Source: Girardia tigrina (Eukaryota). From it: 62,774 nt of DNA. The position numbers were made by a program, and so were the translations under genes. The DNA is taken from the NCBI GenBank assembly GCA_001938485.1, contig MQRK01223291.1:1-62774 (forward strand), in the 5' to 3' direction. Below are positions 1 to 14,160 of the stretch, one piece after another. Under the pieces are notes generated by a model. It worked only from the letters and a program-made list of their open reading frames with translations, was not told the DNA's origin and ran no database searches. Positions within the stretch are counted from its first letter, which is position 1, and the number at the start of each line of letters is the position of its first letter.

Positions 1-224
1 GGGGGGTAAGTGAGGGAGAATGCCCATTTTTACACTACTAAGTATGGATGCATTGGTTTATTTTCCAAAGCAATCTTCCCTTGCTAGAACTCTCCGAAAT
101 CACCGCGCAAAGAAGCACTTGCAGAATCAATCCACAATAGATTTTTCAATTCCTGAAAAATACTCGGACTAAATATTACACGACTCGGGATTAGATGATC
201 CAGATGGTGCGTTGTCTTCCAACA

Positions 225-720
225 GTCACAGTGGTGAGCCTCTAGGCTTCCTACGCAGTGATCTGGTCTCAGCAACGAGTGAAACATAGTAGACGCTATT
301 CAGTTTCACTATTTTGTCTGCGAAATCCAATTTTATGACACTATCACTGTCCCAAAATACAGTAAACATAAGACATCACCGATGGCTTGTCCCGGACCTC
401 ATTTTCAGTGCTGGTTTTTCATTTGGAAGGTGCCATTCTGAAGATTCTCTTTTGCTCTCGGGTACATAGAGGCTTTGCGGTGTTTCATCTATGTTGGATA
501 GATATCGTTGTCCATGTTCTTGCCACAAATCCAGGTTTTGTTGAGAACACTGCAAACGTGCAACGCACATCTCTGCCGACAGAAATCGTTGCACAAAGCG
601 AGGTGCCATGTATCAATTACCACAGCACAATTTTTTAAACGTATATCGATCAGTAATCTTTCCTACCGCTATATAGAGTGTTTGCTTTGAACATGCAAGA
701 AATAATGGCAACATTTCTCA
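225..720 (-). pseudogene. Degenerate mariner-family transposase fragment
   Basis: Minus-strand translation gives mariner motifs: APRF..LS, NIDET, YVPESKRESSEW, LMFTVFWDS, LNSVYY, LLEDNAP; stops and frameshifts present; no TIRs recognised. Confidence 0.7.
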
Positions 721-2141
721 TAACATCTGTTTCTTCACTCCTTATTAAATATTTATTCTCGAAAAAATTGATTAAAATAAATTGCGACATTTACCCTTTA
801 TTTTTTATCATTAAATGACGTTCATAGCCAGAAAAGATTATCCGTCTCTGGTCATGTTTATCAAAAGGTTTTTAGTTTATTTCTACCAAAACAAGTCCAT
901 CTAATGTTCGAAATTTATAAAATATAGAGAAAGGTCAAGAATGAAATTAAACTAAAATCGATTACTAATTTTAGAAATAAGCGAACCGTAATCAATTAAT
1001 AGATGAATAATTTGGAATTATAGTGGTAATTATGGACAACATATGATCGTTATTCTATTTAAAAATTCACTTAAATTTAAACTTTAGTATGCTTACTAGT
1101 AATTTTATGTATTAAACAACATCGGGACCTGGACATTAATGTAAACTTTGAAGCAAGAATATTACTCTATTTACTTTGGCTGAAAATCAAGAATAAAAAT
1201 TTAGTAGTTCTATTATTGAGTTAAATTAATATGAAGAGTTATTTGAAATATAAAATTAGTTTCCTACCACATTCCAGTCATAAATTATTAATTAAATTGA
1301 ATATATCAAATAAATAACTTGAAAAAAATATAAAATAATTTTGTTGCTTATTCCTATAGCATTCCTTTCAGTAATAAATTAGCCATTTTTACCATTTAGT
1401 ACAAACAAATATAAGTGAATTCCCATTTTGCGATCATATGATCAGAATTTTGGACAGAGATTACTGTACAATTAATTTAAAAAGAAAAAATTACTAATTA
1501 TAAATTGTTTTGAAGACATTTTAAAAGTGAATTTTCGTAGCAAAAATTTCTGCGGAAAATTGATTTGACTTAAAAATAGAAAATTGTTTAAACATTAACA
1601 AAATTTAATTTATATAAAATATTAATAATAATTTCTATCTTTGGGGCCCCATTGACTTAATAATTTCTAAATTTCTTTTGATAAAGATTAAAATTTCGAT
1701 AAAACGATAAAAGTTCCTTGGAGCCAAAGGTCATCCAAACCTGGAGAGGAGAATAGGCGCCACCAGGTTACTTTCCTACTGACACACTCAAAAATATGCA
1801 AAATCCAAGCCATAAGGTTTGTGCATAATTTGGTGCCCCCACGGCCCAACGGCTCAGATCCAAAAAATGACATTCATTTTACTCTATAAATTTTACTATG
1901 AATACTTATAGAACTCTTCAAAAAATAAAGTCATTTATAGAAAAAATTATTGTTTAGCCTTTCGAAAGATATTAAAATTTAACAGAATTTTAATATAATA
2001 TAAAAATAATATAATCACTAACTAATAATTAATATTATTCGAAATATTCAAAAAAAAATTCCCTTGTAATTAAAGTTATAAATTTATACGGTGAAAGGAT
2101 AATTAGAACAATAAAACTTGTTTAATATTTGTAATTATCTA

Positions 2142-3412
2142 TTAGGTTGGTCGAAAAATAATGGCGGTTTTTGAGCTTTATACTTTGTTTATCTACTTTG
2201 ATATGTATATAAGTTTAAATGCATAAGTGTTAGATATTATTTGAAATCTTATGCATAGCTGTATATTCCTATAGCCATTATTAACATATTGCTGTTATTT
2301 TTTAGAATATTTACGGTGCTAAATTAATAATGGAAAAAAAATAAAATTCGAGCAATTTTCTTGTACGAATTTAAACTGGGTCATTGAGCAGCAGAAACGG
2401 CTCGCAATATCAATAAAGCGTTTGGCAAGGGAACAGCTTCTGAGCGCACAGTGCAACGATGGTTCCGAAAATTTTCTGATGGAAATGAAAACCTTGAAGA
2501 TGAAGAAGGTCGTGGTCGTTCAGTTGCTGTGAACAACGATAATTTGAGGATAATGGTGGAAACAGATCCCCGTACAACAATCAGAGAACTTGCAGATGGG
2601 TTGGGTATTAGTCATTCAACAGTCCTGGATCATTTAAAACAACTTGAAAAAATCAAGAAACTTTATAAATGGGTTCCACATGATTTGAATGAAAATCAAA
2701 AGAACCGACGCTATGAAATTTGTTCTGCCAATCATCTTCGCAATAAAAGCGATCCATTTCGTGATCGTATTTTTACATGTGATGAGAAATGGATCCTGTA
2801 TGATAACCGACGTCGATCTGCACAGTGGTTGGACAAAGATGAAGTACCGAAACACTTTCCAAAACAGAAACTAACACCACGTAAGGTTTTTGTGACAGTT
2901 TGGTGGTGTGATGCTGGAATCATCCACTATAGTTTCTTGAATCCAGGTGAAACAATCACAGCGGAGAGGTACTGTCATGAAATTGATGAAATGCATAANN
3001 NNNNNNNNNNNNNNNNNNNNNNNNNNNNNNNNNNNNNNNNNNNNNNNNNNNNNNNNNNNNNNNNNNNNNNNGACTCTTCAAAAGCTTAATGAGTTGGGCT
3101 ATGAAACCCTGCTTCATCCACCATATTCACCAGACCTCTCGCCAACGGACTTCTACTTTTTCAGGTATTTGTACAACTTCCTACGTGAAAGAATTTTCAA
3201 AAACCAAAATGATGCTTAAAATGCCTTCCAAGAATTCGTCGCTTCGAGAACCGATGCACTTATGCTGATGGAATAAAACAACTTGTTTCTCGTTGGCAAA
3301 AATGTATTGATGCCAACGGTTCATACTTTGATTAATAAACTTTTGTTTCTCTGAATTTGCACGTCTTTGAAGTTTGTGTCCCAAAACCGCCATTATTTTT
3401 CGACCAACCTAA
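2142..3412 (+). mobile_element. Mariner transposon, cecropia subfamily (Hsmar1-like), full length, inactive
   Basis: TIR TTAGGTTGGTCGAAAAATAATGGCGGTTTT with its inverse ending at 3412; TA on both sides; 1271 bp. Confidence 0.95.
2330..3334 (+). pseudogene. Mariner DD34D-type transposase pseudogene
   Basis: WVPHDL, TCDEKW and HPPYSPDLSPTD motifs; frameshift just after ATG 2330, in-frame stops, N gap. Confidence 0.92.
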
Positions 3413-3970
3413 TATATATGGTTTCTGTAAACTCTGATAGCATATCAATAAATAATGTTTAATAAAAATTTGAATTTTCTTCATCATTTATTCCGACGAA
3501 GGAAATAGATATTATTGGGTTCGGATTCAAAAGTTAAACTCATGACACTAAAATTTATTTCTATCACAATTAAAGTTTTTTAAACAAATATTTTCGAAAA
3601 ACTTTCGCACTTTCATTTCACACAAACCATTATAAATTAAAATAGATATAAATATACATATTGTTATTTCATTTATTAAGAATTAAAATGTTATACTTTT
3701 TTGTTACAATTGTAAGGTTATTTTTTAAAATTTTGTCACATATGTTGTGTTGCATCTTTTATTAAATTTCTATTTTATTATACATTTAAATTTAACCGTT
3801 TCACAATTATATTTCCACATTCTATCAACTAACATTTTCATTTCGTTTTCATAATCGTTTAAAAATTACTTTTAGATTTGATAAAATAACTTTTTTAAAA
3901 ATAAAATTAAAATCGCAATTTTCGTTTAATTTAACAACTTTTAAATTACCCTTTTTTAGATAAAATAAAA

Positions 3971-4915
3971 TATTGTGATTAATTTCGACAGATCAACCGT
4001 CATCATCAGACTGAATTAACAATGATATACTGAAAAAAATAAAAACTGATACAAGGTTATATACAACCCCTAACAGTTTTTGTGAACCTAAATATAAAAG
4101 AAATATGATAAAAGGTTTGATCTATAGATCTTGGACACTTTCGTCTACGTACGCTAAATGTAATGAAAGTATTGATAAAATAATGAATTTACTTCATAAA
4201 AATGGATATTCAAAATCGATAGTTGAAAAATTAACTCGTGAAACTGTCGATAAATTAATTAAATCGGAAAATGAAAATGAAAAATTAAATACAATAAATA
4301 GTGACAAAAACAAAAATCAGATAAATAATAATTATGATAATATTGGTTTTGTTTTGACTGTTCCATACTCTGAGGGTTTCAGGAAATTCAAAAACTATTT
4401 TGAAACATGATGAAAATAATTTATTAAATTTAAAAATTGTATCTAGATCATGTAAGATAGGAAGTTTGTTTAGTAATAAATCTATCACTCCAACTTGGTT
4501 ATGTTCCAATTTAGTTTATCAATATAAATGTAATGGGTGTGACGCCACATACATCGGAGAGACTTGTCGTCATCTCTGTAAACNNNNNNNNNNNNNNNNN
4601 NNNNNNNNNNNNNNNNNNNNNNNNNNNNNNNNNNNNNNNNNNNNNNNNNNNNNNNNNNNNNNNNNNNNNNNNNNNNNNNNNNNNNNNNNNNNNNNNNNNN
4701 NNNNNNNNNNNNNNNNNNNNNNNNNNNNNTGATCAAATCTTTTGATCCTAAAATCAATGTCCAAACACCATCCTCTTCAACTTTATTGAAAGTATTTTCA
4801 TGATTTAAATGACATAATTATTACATAAACATTGCTTTGATATATAAATGCGAGTATATCATTGTTAATTCAGACTGATGATGACGGTTGATCCGTCGAA
4901 ATTAATCACAATATA
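3971..4915 (+). mobile_element. 5'-truncated Penelope-like element (RT thumb + GIY-YIG) with 3' pLTR and inverted pLTR copy at 5' end
   Basis: ORFs 4105-4410 (MIKGLIYRSWTLSS..NGYS) and 4400-4583 (NLVYQYKCNGCDATYIGETCRHL); 3971-4031 is the reverse complement of 4853-4913. Confidence 0.9.
4861..4912 (+). ncRNA. Minimal type I hammerhead ribozyme (PLE pLTR)
   Basis: CUGAUGA 4875-4881; stem II GACGG/CCGUC; GAAA 4898-4901; palindromic ATTAAT stem III; AUC site; stem I ATTGT/ACAAT. Confidence 0.85.
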
Positions 4916-5376
4916 TTTTGACGAAAATTTTTTTACTTTTAAAATGTCATTGTCGTCATTTTTTAAATATTTATAAAAATAAAATATATTTTCAATAATA
5001 ATTACGTAAAAATAAAATTACGTACGTATACAAATAAATAATATTTCTTAAACAAATTGAAAATTATACTCTCAGTTGTTTTCATTTAATCATTTTTTAA
5101 CGAAAGTTATATTTTCATTTTGTCTTAAAGCAATTATATTTTAATTTAAAATTTATGAATTAATATCATTTTTGGATTTGTTTTATGTTTACACAAAAGT
5201 TACAAAATAATTTTCTAGTTTATTTATTATTTTTCACATATTAAATTTACGTTTCAAATAGAATTACAATTTACTTTATTAATAAATCTATTTATTGGTT
5301 TTATCTTAAACATTAAAAATTAGTTTTTTATAAATTACTTTTTTTACGCTATATTATAAAAATCTTATTTTAACAT

Positions 5377-5880
5377 TGTGAGGAATATTTTAAATTGAAT
5401 TTGAATGTGTAAATGTTGTGATGCTGTATGTTGATTTAAGTATGTTGAATTTAGAATGGTGATTCTCCCACCCAGATGGAAATTGGTATTTTTTAAATTT
5501 AAAGTGATTGACTATTAAAATAATAATAATTAAAATAATCATTTTATAAGTTCATATTTTTAATTTAACAATTAAAATTAAGTTTAATATTTTTTGGTAA
5601 AATTTAAATTAAATGTATTTTTATATAATTTGATGACATTTTTATTATTTTGGGATTTATTGAGAAATGGTAAAATTTATTATTTTTAATTAATATTAAT
5701 TAATATATTTAAAAAAATGACTTAGAAAAATTGTTCGGATAATCATGATTAAAAGAAAAATAAGAAAACCAATTAGAATAATGACAAACGATGAAAGACT
5801 TTCTGAGATTCATAATGACTCTAAATGTGATTGTAATAAAATTCAAACGAGACTTGTCTAAATGTTCTTAATAAACATAA
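5377..5880 (+). repeat. AT-rich solo-LTR-like interspersed repeat (starts TGTGAGGAATATT)
   Basis: Shares TGTGAGGAATATTT and TCTCC(C/T)ACCCAGAT blocks with inverted copies at ~21390-21833, ~45240-45364 and ~49710-51568. Confidence 0.55.
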
Positions 5881-5887
5881 TCTATAA

Positions 5888-8800
5888 CAGTGGCGGATCC
5901 GGGGGGGTGGCTAAGGTGGCTAGCCACCTCCTCATGTTTCTTGTCATAAAAGAAGTTGGGTTAACCTTTTGTATCATAAATAAACGATCAAACAAGGAAT
6001 GTAGTGAAGTGTAATGAGCAGCTCTGTTTTATTGTTTACAGAAATGTTGATTCAATCAAGAAATAAACATCAACTTTACAAATGAATCCTAAAACAAAAC
6101 CAATTCTGCTAAGCGTTTGATGTCGATATTATCACAATTATATTGCTTAAGGGCGCCAAAGATACAAATGCAGCAATGATTATCACCCAAGAGAAAATGA
6201 CAATCCTATCTTGTACGAATTACTGAGAGCTAACTGTCTAATTCTCTGAATTTAAGATAATTACGAAAAATAAAAATAAACTTCAATAGATATGCCATTT
6301 AACTTTTTATTATTGAAAATTGTAATTCAGTGAGTAATTTAGTTAATATTTTGAATTTTTATATAATTTTGGAACATTTCGAATCAAGTACTTCATTGAA
6401 AATACTTACATTACCGTTATATACATAGAAAGGTAATCATTGCACTGGATTATAATAAGAAACATTGTTTTTAGGTAGTTTCATTATGATTTATGAGTCA
6501 TTTAAACATCAGTGTTAGAATTAACGAAAATGTATATTTCGCTGATAACTTTTGAATTCTAAAAGTTTTGTTAATCCTAAGTTTTTCTTCCTAAGGACTT
6601 TTGGTTTAAATGCTTACCTTCATTGTTTCTTCTTGTTGGATTTGAGCTCAAAGTATATAAATATTAAAAATGCTTGTCAATTAAAATTCGTATCACTTTT
6701 TTTATATTACTTTTGTTTTTATATTTTGTTTTAGCATGTCTAGTGGTCCACCAAACAAGCATCTTAAACAGTAGTGCCTTAATTTCGTACGTTTTTCCTC
6801 TGTCAACTGAGTAAGTGTCAGTATCCCACTACATCAATCAAAAGTTCTTATTGAGAAAAGTTCATCATCTGTATTAGATAATACAATAGTGAATGTCTCC
6901 TCAGTAGACTCAGAGTGTGTCTAACAATAGCCATTGGATTTTGTTAATTCTACTGACTGCTTCAATTCTTGATGAAGGTATTCTTCGAAAAATGAGTGAA
7001 TTAGAAAAAGTGAACTTAATTAACAATAGTTGGAAACCATCAGGTAATTTCAAATTTGAAAAGAAGAGCTTGGAAATTGGTGAAGGTATGACTAAAAGTA
7101 TTTCTTTTCAATCAAAATGGCTTGATAATTACAAATAGCTTACATACAGTAATTAAAATGAATACAAAGATGGATGATGTCTTCCGTTTGTATTATTCTT
7201 GAGCATTTCTGAAAAAGAGAAGTTAGGTGTTTTTTCAAAACACCCTTTTCTAACTACAATAAATCAAAGAAACTTCTAAATGGCCACAAATCAAAACTTT
7301 ATCATCAAATGACTATGAAACGATTTTCACCTAATAAAGCAGACTTGGTTAATCCATCTTTGCGTATTGACTCAGCAATTAATTCAATGACTGCTGAAAA
7401 AATGGAAAAGAATCAAAAGTTGCTTCCAACAATCATCGAAGCCATCATGTATTATGCACGCCAACAAATTGCACTGAGAGGCCATCGAGATGATAACGTT
7501 CAGTTTGCCAAAAATCTGTCAACAAATGAAAGTAATTTTATTTCGTAAGTCTATTTTCGTAAGTGTCTAAAGGCTTGTTCATATTTTTCAATAATTTTCA
7601 AACTCACATAGCCGAGAAATCATGTTAGTCTGTATTCGTCTGATTGACACATTTCAAGAAAAACCTAAAAGTTGGAAGTAGTAATGCGATTGGTGGAGAC
7701 CGAGAGAATTACTGCAGAGTCTATTGCATTGGCTATCAGTAATGTACTGGAAGAAGAAAGAATTAACATCAACAATTGTAAAGGCAAGCATATGATACAA
7801 CGACATCTATGAGTTCAAACAGAAAAGGGGTTCAGACTTTCTTTAAAAAATTGGCACCATTTGCGGACTTCAGGGATGTGTCCTTCACTCTCTAAATTTA
7901 ACAATCTACCATGGATGTCATATTTCGTCTATTAGAAATATGATGGATTCTTGCCAACAACTGTTTTCTTTTTTTCGATAAATTACCAAAGCTCCAACGC
8001 TCTCTCCAACGGGTTATTTCTGCTCAAGCACTGGAGTTAAATAAGAAAAAGTTGAAGAACCTTTGCAAAAAACAATGGCTTGAGCGTCACCGCACATTTA
8101 ATACCATTGAAGAACTTTGCATCTAAATTGTTCGCGCTGTTGATGAAATCATAACACCTTCTGATGACCACGATCTGTATGATGATATCGAAGCAGAAGT
8201 ATGGAATTGGGATTCTAAAACTCCTAAAGGCAATAGATTACTACATACATTTACTAACTACGAACACATTATCACTTTTCTTGTAGTAAAGGAAAGTTTG
8301 GAGCCAATGCAACCAATTGTATCATGTCTTCAGGGTGAGTTAATGGAGGTTTATCTGGCCTTTCAAAAAGTTTCACAAACGTTTTCTTTTTATTCCACAC
8401 TCCGTGCAAATGCTGACGACTGGTTTTATGCAATTTATCACAAACCTAAAGAAATTGCACAGTCTGTTAATTCTACTGAAAAAGCTCCAAGGTTTTGAAA
8501 TCGTCAAATTCATCGTTTAAATATACCTGCTATCTCACCTTTTGAGTACTACAAGCGCAAAGTAGGCATTACATTCCTCGACAAGGTTTCATTTGAATTA
8601 ACATCAAGTTTTACAGAAGATAAAAGAGCATATTATGAGTTATGTACTTTTATTCCAGAAATTATTGTCACCAAAGACAGCGATGAGTTGGAAATATTAT
8701 CAAAACAATAAGTGGCTACGTGGTATGATATTCTTCAAAACCCATCTATTCTTAATAATGAGTTACAACGATGAAAACATTTGTGTGTGGAGAACAAAAT

Positions 8801-9293
8801 TTCCAGAATGGGAATTGCTCAACTTCTTCAACAATACGTTGACTCTGCATTCTTCTCAAATATTGATAAGCTATTCCTTATTCTTGCAGTTTTGCCAATT
8901 GGAAGTTGTGAGGCGAGCGTTTATTCTCTTTAGTACATCGCACTCACTCATTCTACGAACAACGATGGCAACTAACAGACTGTCTGATATGTGAGTCATT
9001 GGAATGCACTATAATATTTCATCAACCTGTGTCTCAACGGAACAAATTGCAAATATGTTCATTGCGTTACATCCATGTAAAATGCAAACACAATCACTTT
9101 TTTATAACTGAATTTTACAGTTTCTATTTACCATGTTCTTTTATGAATAGATTGTTTGATTTGGAGTTTTTTTCTATGAAACATGGAATATACTCTTAAT
9201 TTCATAAAAATAAAGGCTTAAATATTTTAACTTGAAAGAAAACGTGTTTCAAATCGTAGCCACCCCCCTTTCAAAATCCTGGATCCGCCACTG
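5888..9293 (+). mobile_element. hAT transposon, Tip100-type (ZMYM1/THAP12-like transposase), degenerate
   Basis: TIR CAGTGGCGGATCC / GGATCCGCCACTG; TCTATAA on both flanks (7 of the expected 8 bp); fragments QQIALRGHRDD, CVLHSLNL, LKNLCKKQWLERH, LRTTMATNRL with many stops. Confidence 0.9.
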
Positions 9294-9590
9294 TCTATAA
9301 ATCTGCTTTTCGAAATGTAATTATTTAATTATTAACTTGATTGGATTTTAAATTCGAAAATTTTATGAACTCAAGAAAATCTCCTAACAGATATATTATC
9401 TAAAATTTAATTTAATCAAAATAACGTTTACTTTTGATCAAATCAATCTCTTGAGTCACTAAAAAAGTTTTTTAAATAAAATTTTGACTTAAATAATTAA
9501 ATTATTTTTTCAACTTCTTTTTGATCAAATCAATATGCGAAAAGCGACTATTTTTACTTTAAAACTTTTAATCGTTTTGTCAGTCACATT

Positions 9591-12500
9591 TGTGTGACAT
9601 CAATATTAACTGTAGTAACTTGACGATCACTATGTTAATCTATCTACTGTAAATACACTTCTGAAATGTTTTAGAATTTACGTTCGTATGCTAATTTTAA
9701 AAACCTCATTAACTGCACCTTGTATTCGAAAAATGATGGTAAAAGTAGTATCTATATTAAATCAATTTTCATGAACACATTTTTAATTTAGTTGGTTATG
9801 TAATGAATAGATTATTAAATAGTGCAAACAAAATAAGCATTTACATTCAAATAGGTCAAGATATGTTTTCAGGATAGAAACTATTCACTATCTAAAATAG
9901 ATTGTTTTATTCCTTTATGTTACAAATTGATAATGATATTTTATTATTAATATCTACAATATTTGTCGTATTTAAACAAATATAATACCAATATCTCTTC
10001 ACACTTTTCCATGATCTCTAGACCAAACCACATAGTCATCTAGATGTTTAGATTACTTCCGTATTAGCATAACTTTTTTTGTAGAATCTTTAACTATCTC
10101 TGGAGCTTCTGGTTCTTCCTTTTCATAATCGCAGTCTGAAGTGTAATCAATTTCAATCTTTTGAGGTATCTGATCTCGAACTTTGTCATTGATTTTTGTG
10201 GTGTAATCATCAGATTCAACTGTAGTACGTTTTTGAATTTTGTTGTTCTCCTAATGTTGGATATGTGTCTTGTAATCTGATTGTCGTCGAGATCTACTCC
10301 GACTGCAAATTTAAAGGATGTGACTTAATGAGGCTCAGTTTCCATTGATTCTCAATTTAAAACTTACCAATACTGAAAGGATTTTCTATGTGTTATCATA
10401 ATCATCATTATAGTTACATTTTGAAATAAAATTACATTTCACTTGTAGCTCATCTCGTATCATAGGCCGTCGGATTGTACACAAAACCTCAATTCATTCG
10501 GCCCCACATTCTATAATCTGTCGTGCTATTATATCTAAACACACATTCCCTAATCATCATTTTAGATCTCGCTACCATTGTCTTTATGGTTCGGAGGTTT
10601 CTCTCATACATCACATCTCTTTCATGTCGATAGGCTAATGCAAAACCTTTTTCAATTTTCCATTTATCTCTTAACTATCTCATTTTGGTGCTTTTCTAAG
10701 TAGCTCCATTATCATAAAAGAAATATTTAAGTAGCACAAATTCTGAAAATATACTATCTATTCGCCAACTCATATCCTCAGCGGATTCATTACCCAATTT
10801 TCTCCAAACGTAAAGGCTTATTTCAGAGTCCACAAAAGTCACGTCGATTTAGAGTTGTTACTACACTTTGCCAGTTAATAATTATCCATGTTAATATTTT
10901 TCTCGTGATACTGGTATATTTTTGAACACGCATCACATTGATGTACGACTTTCTTAACTTGATCCAACTTGATTGAGCTAACCCCATATTTTTCTTTTAA
11001 TTTGTTCATTCATTCAAAGTGACATATCATGTATTTTCTTGACTTCATCAACTCTCGGAGTCAGATTCGCTTGGTCATGCTATCTGAGAAAATAAACTGA
11101 GATTTCATTAATTCCAGTACCATTTTCAGTCTTTCCTGGTCCTTTAGTTTTCTAATAATATCAAGCCTCCTTCGCCCTAGATGTCCAGATAAGGTGCGGG
11201 TTCCGTAGTTGTGTGTTCTTGTATACTGATATGAGCCCTTTTTAAACCGTTGCGGAGTCTGTCATCAGCTTGAACTTATGAAAGCCCGGTGCTGTCGCCA
11301 AATTTATACTCCTAATCACTGCATCCAGTTCTCTCATATTAATGCGGTATGTGTCGTCCTCTTTTCTTAACCAAGCAACTTCATCAAAAATATCACCGTT
11401 AACACATAGAAGCATACCCATTGCTACACTACTTGAATCGGTCGAAATAATCAAATTGTCATTACAATTCAGCACCCACTTGCCTTGCGCGTTCCGTAGT
11501 ACGACGAACAAATGATAATATAAAGTACATGTATTAAATAAATTCCGTACATATAAAAGGTAGTACTAAATTATCCTCACGATCTCCTTCATTCCACAAC
11601 CTCTGACTAATTTGATTGATATTTTCGAATATCTCTTTCGGCACTTCTTCATCCAGGTTACCTTATACTTTGATGTCTGTCTCAGAATGTAGGCATACAC
11701 AACTGGTACATGACACTACAAAGATTCCATGTACTTCACGTCTAATTGCTTTATTGAGATTTCTTATTACAAGCTCTTGGTCTCAAATCCATTATAAATT
11801 GCTTTTCATCTTTAATCCCAGAACTCTGATATCTTTATCTAAACCAATCATGTCCATCGGATCAGACTTCAACCCAACTTGCTGAAAGATTCTTGCCATC
11901 TCATCTACATTACAAGTTATTTCTACAATAAATAAGTAATTAATGCATCCCGACGCAGAAATAGTACACTTTTCATTGAGTAAGGTTTCGACTACCTTAG
12001 GTATGACTTTCGGTGCAATGGACAGACCGAAACCCTACCTTGTCATCACATACACTTGGTCATTCCACATAATTACCTGATACTTCCACAGATCTGGGCC
12101 TACCCTTAATGGCAAATATGCCTTCTTCAAATCCTTCACAGTAAAGTTAGCATCCAATTTACTTCACTAACGCTGTCGTGACTGGCAACTAACATAACTC
12201 GTACTCGGATAGCTATGGATTTGTTCGTTCAATAAGATATAGTGTAATAGCTGCGTACTCTTATCGTCATGACCTGCCGCACCCACATCAGAAGTATCAT
12301 ATTATTGATTTTCCTCTCTCGATTTTCATTCAATTTCATCAAAACCCATTCTTCTATCCACTTATTCACCTATTCTCGAAAGAGCTCCTTATAGGAAGAA
12401 GCTCCTTACTGGAAATATCATAATTAATATATGACGTTTTCCCATCCAGATGATCATTGACGAACTTCGATCTTGTGTTCCAATAATTTCCGTCCAACTG

Positions 12501-12600
12501 AACTTCGAAATCATCATCTTTGATTTATAACTTTCTCCCCATTTAAAACAAGTAGCTACAGTAATAAATTGTGATTTGGTTTCATTATTATCAAATTTTA
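9591..12600 (-). mobile_element. Degenerate LTR retrotransposon (Gypsy-like pol: RT-RNaseH-IN), probable 3' LTR ~9591-10003
   Basis: Minus-strand DLKKAYL..GFGLSIAPKV (RT); ORF 11242-11511 TDSSS..INMRELDAVI..LMTDSATV (RNase H); HLGRRRL and CDAC (IN zinc-binding remnant); ..TCACA at 10003 next to a purine-rich minus-strand tract. Boundaries approximate. Confidence 0.75.
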
Positions 12601-13060
12601 CACATATTTCACTACCATATAAAAAACTTGGAGATAGTTAGACTCAATCAATTGAGATGAGAAAATGTTGGAAATAGTTTTTGCAGGTTAATGTTTCAAA
12701 TTTACAAAAGTTATCAAGCTATCCCAGTCATTGAGAGAAGCTGATCTGAATCTCTCACGAAGGTTTCGGTCTGTCCTTTGCACCGAAAGTCATGCCTAAG
12801 GTAGTCGAAACCTTACTCAATGACGAGTGAACTATTTCTGCGTCGGGATGCATTAATTACTTATTTATAATTACGATTTTACCTCTTTCGATAGCTTTTG
12901 GTTTTTTGAGAGAAGAAATCTTTGAAAATTAAAATGAACTGATTATTATTGTTACAATATTAGGTTACTTGTTTGTTTCTTTATAGAGTAGTCTAGTACT
13001 TATTTATCGTACCATGTAAATGTTAACATTATGTTAACATTAAAATTCAAATTGATGTTA

Positions 13061-13854
13061 CAGGATGTCCAAAAAGTAAATGAACCGAAAATCATAATAA
13101 AATTACGTATCACAAAGAAGAAACGTATTTTCTTATCGTTATTGATTTCAATCTAACGTCATTGCTTGATTATATGGTACAAGATGCAGACTGTCTATGG
13201 TTTAGCTTAAAATGGTACCTCTGTTCAATGTCTTGAGGAAACACTTCCTGGGTTTGGACTTGATTTCTTTCTATGAGGAGTTCTAAAGAATTTATATGTA
13301 ATATATTTGTCAAAAAAGTGTGTTAGTTAATTAGTTTGTTTGTCCGTCAAGCTATGAAATGTAAAATTGAGGAGGAATCGGAGTGAATCCACGTAAAAAC
13401 GTGCTTAATCTGGATAACCCGCATCGAGATGGTTGTCTATTTAGCGCCGTCGCCGAAAGGCACTGGGAGCCGACTTAATTGACCAACTGTAAAAATAGCA
13501 CAGAGTTCGAAACAATAAATAATAAATTATAATAATTACGATTTAAAAATTAAAACCAAACTTTCAAAGACGCAAATTCAGCCCATCCGTCATATATGAC
13601 GGGTATTTTTCTAGTTTTATGATTATAGTCCTACGACAGATGATCAGCTGAAACTAAATATTCAGCACGAATGGAACCAAACATCAGAAGAAATTTGACT
13701 ATTGTAAGTCGAAGTGTTGCCAAAAGAATAAGTGATTATATTGAAGTTCAGGGTATACATTTTGAATATATTTGTAAATACTAAATAAGTTTTTTTATAT
13801 TTGATTTCTCAGTCTTATTTAAGTTTGTGGTTAGGCTACTTTTGAGACACCCTA
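13061..13854 (+). mobile_element. Tc1-like deletion derivative interrupted by a Helitron
   Basis: CAGGATGTCCAAAAAGTA at left and TACTTTTGAGACACCCT at right; C-terminal transposase remnant (KRISDIIEVQGIHFE). Confidence 0.6.
13283..13614 (+). mobile_element. Non-autonomous Helitron
   Basis: 3' hairpin CCGTCATATATGACGG then ..CTAG|T at 13611-13615; GTTTGTTTGTCC near 5' end; homologous 3' end inverted at 56091. 5' boundary approximate. Confidence 0.75.
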
Positions 13855-13920
13855 AAGTATATTAGATATACCGTTCATTCATTCGTCCCGAATTTATTTT
13901 ATCATGACATGATACATAGA

Positions 13921-14160
13921 AGGAACAGAGGCTAGACCAGATTACAAAGAGTTAGTTGAACTTTTAACATTTTTCGAACATACGTATGTTCGAGGAAGAA
14001 GGCTTCGATGTAGAGCTCATGACCAGCTCTTTATCCCATTCAAGTCTGGAACAAGCATACCGCAGGTTTTGGTGGAATGGCTCGAACGAATAATATGGTC
14101 GAAGGGGGCATTACGGTTCACAAACCTTTTTTCCCTATCTATGGAACTGTTTAAACTGTC
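13921..14160 (+). pseudogene. Mutator/MULE transposase fragment
   Basis: ELLTFFEHTYVRG..PALYPIQVWN..RTNNMVEG matches the C-terminal MULE motif (YF..TY, P.F....WN, RTNN..EGWH). Confidence 0.65.
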
